Assembly: GCF_006345805.1 (NCBI RefSeq)
Contig: NW_021823695.1
Span: 1 to 21,847, forward strand
Direction: 5' to 3'
DNA from: Octopus sinensis
Taxonomy: Eukaryota
DNA length: 21,847 bases
The notes below the pieces were generated by a model that was given only the letters and a program-made list of their open reading frames with translations, searched no databases and was not told the origin of the DNA. Each line of letters begins with the position of its first letter. Within the stretch, counting starts at the first letter, position 1. Both the position numbers and the translations under genes were made by a program. Shown here piece by piece: positions 21,410-21,847 of the stretch.

Positions 21410-21840
21410 GGCAGGCAAATAAATGTTAACATACCAGACATTGTCATCAAAGATCTAAGACAAAAAATATGCCTGTTAATTAATATGACTGCCTACTGAT
21501 GGAAATATCTCATCAAAGGAATTTGAAAAAAATGTTGAAATATAAGGAACTTGAGATTGAAATATTTAGGGTGTGGCAAATAAAAACCAAAACCATCCCT
21601 ATTGTTGTAGATGTCCCGGGAATGACCAAGAAAGGTACTAACAAATTTTTTGACCAGGTTCCAGGAAACTTTTGACCAGGTCCCTGGAAACCAACAGTCT
21701 ATGATACTCAAATACTTGTGTTGAAAGCAACCGCCCTCATTCTCAGAAAGTTTCTCTCCATCTAATATATATGTGCCCTAGGTCTCTGGTTGAGACCCAG
21801 TCGGAAGATGAAATAAAAGGAATAACAATCGGAATATAAC
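21410..21840 (+). mobile_element. R4/Dong-type LINE 3' fragment (RLE domain and 3' UTR)
   Basis: NIPDIVIKDLRQKICLLINMT, KEFEK, KYKELEIEIFRVW, IPIVV, ILRKFLSI stop; UTR hairpin GGTCTC-tggtt-GAGACC; (AAC)n tail. Confidence 0.88.
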
Positions 21841-21847
21841 AACAACA

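Overview
Eukaryotic (animal) non-coding DNA, AT-rich and saturated with microsatellites and decayed mobile elements; the repeat content suggests an octopus/cephalopod genome (inference from recalled SINE families, not a database result). Nearly all long ORFs in the track are microsatellite artefacts. Real content: one probable small spliced exon with an Ig-domain-like motif (245-293); a fossil hAT transposase (GTF2IRD2/SPIN/Charlie-like) with two nested insertions; three tRNA-derived SINE families (about 13 copies or fragments); an unclassified (AAT)n-tailed repeat in 3 copies; Penelope-like remnants including a GIY-YIG domain with a perfect 45-bp fold-back and degenerate minimal hammerhead motifs; five R4/Dong-type LINE fragments, all on + and next to AAT-type microsatellites; and a 28-bp minisatellite. 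No intact autonomous element, complete gene or clearly new biological system is visible. The best leads are the Penelope fold-back/hammerhead architecture, the frameshifted Ig-like exon and the microsatellite-targeted retroelement nest.
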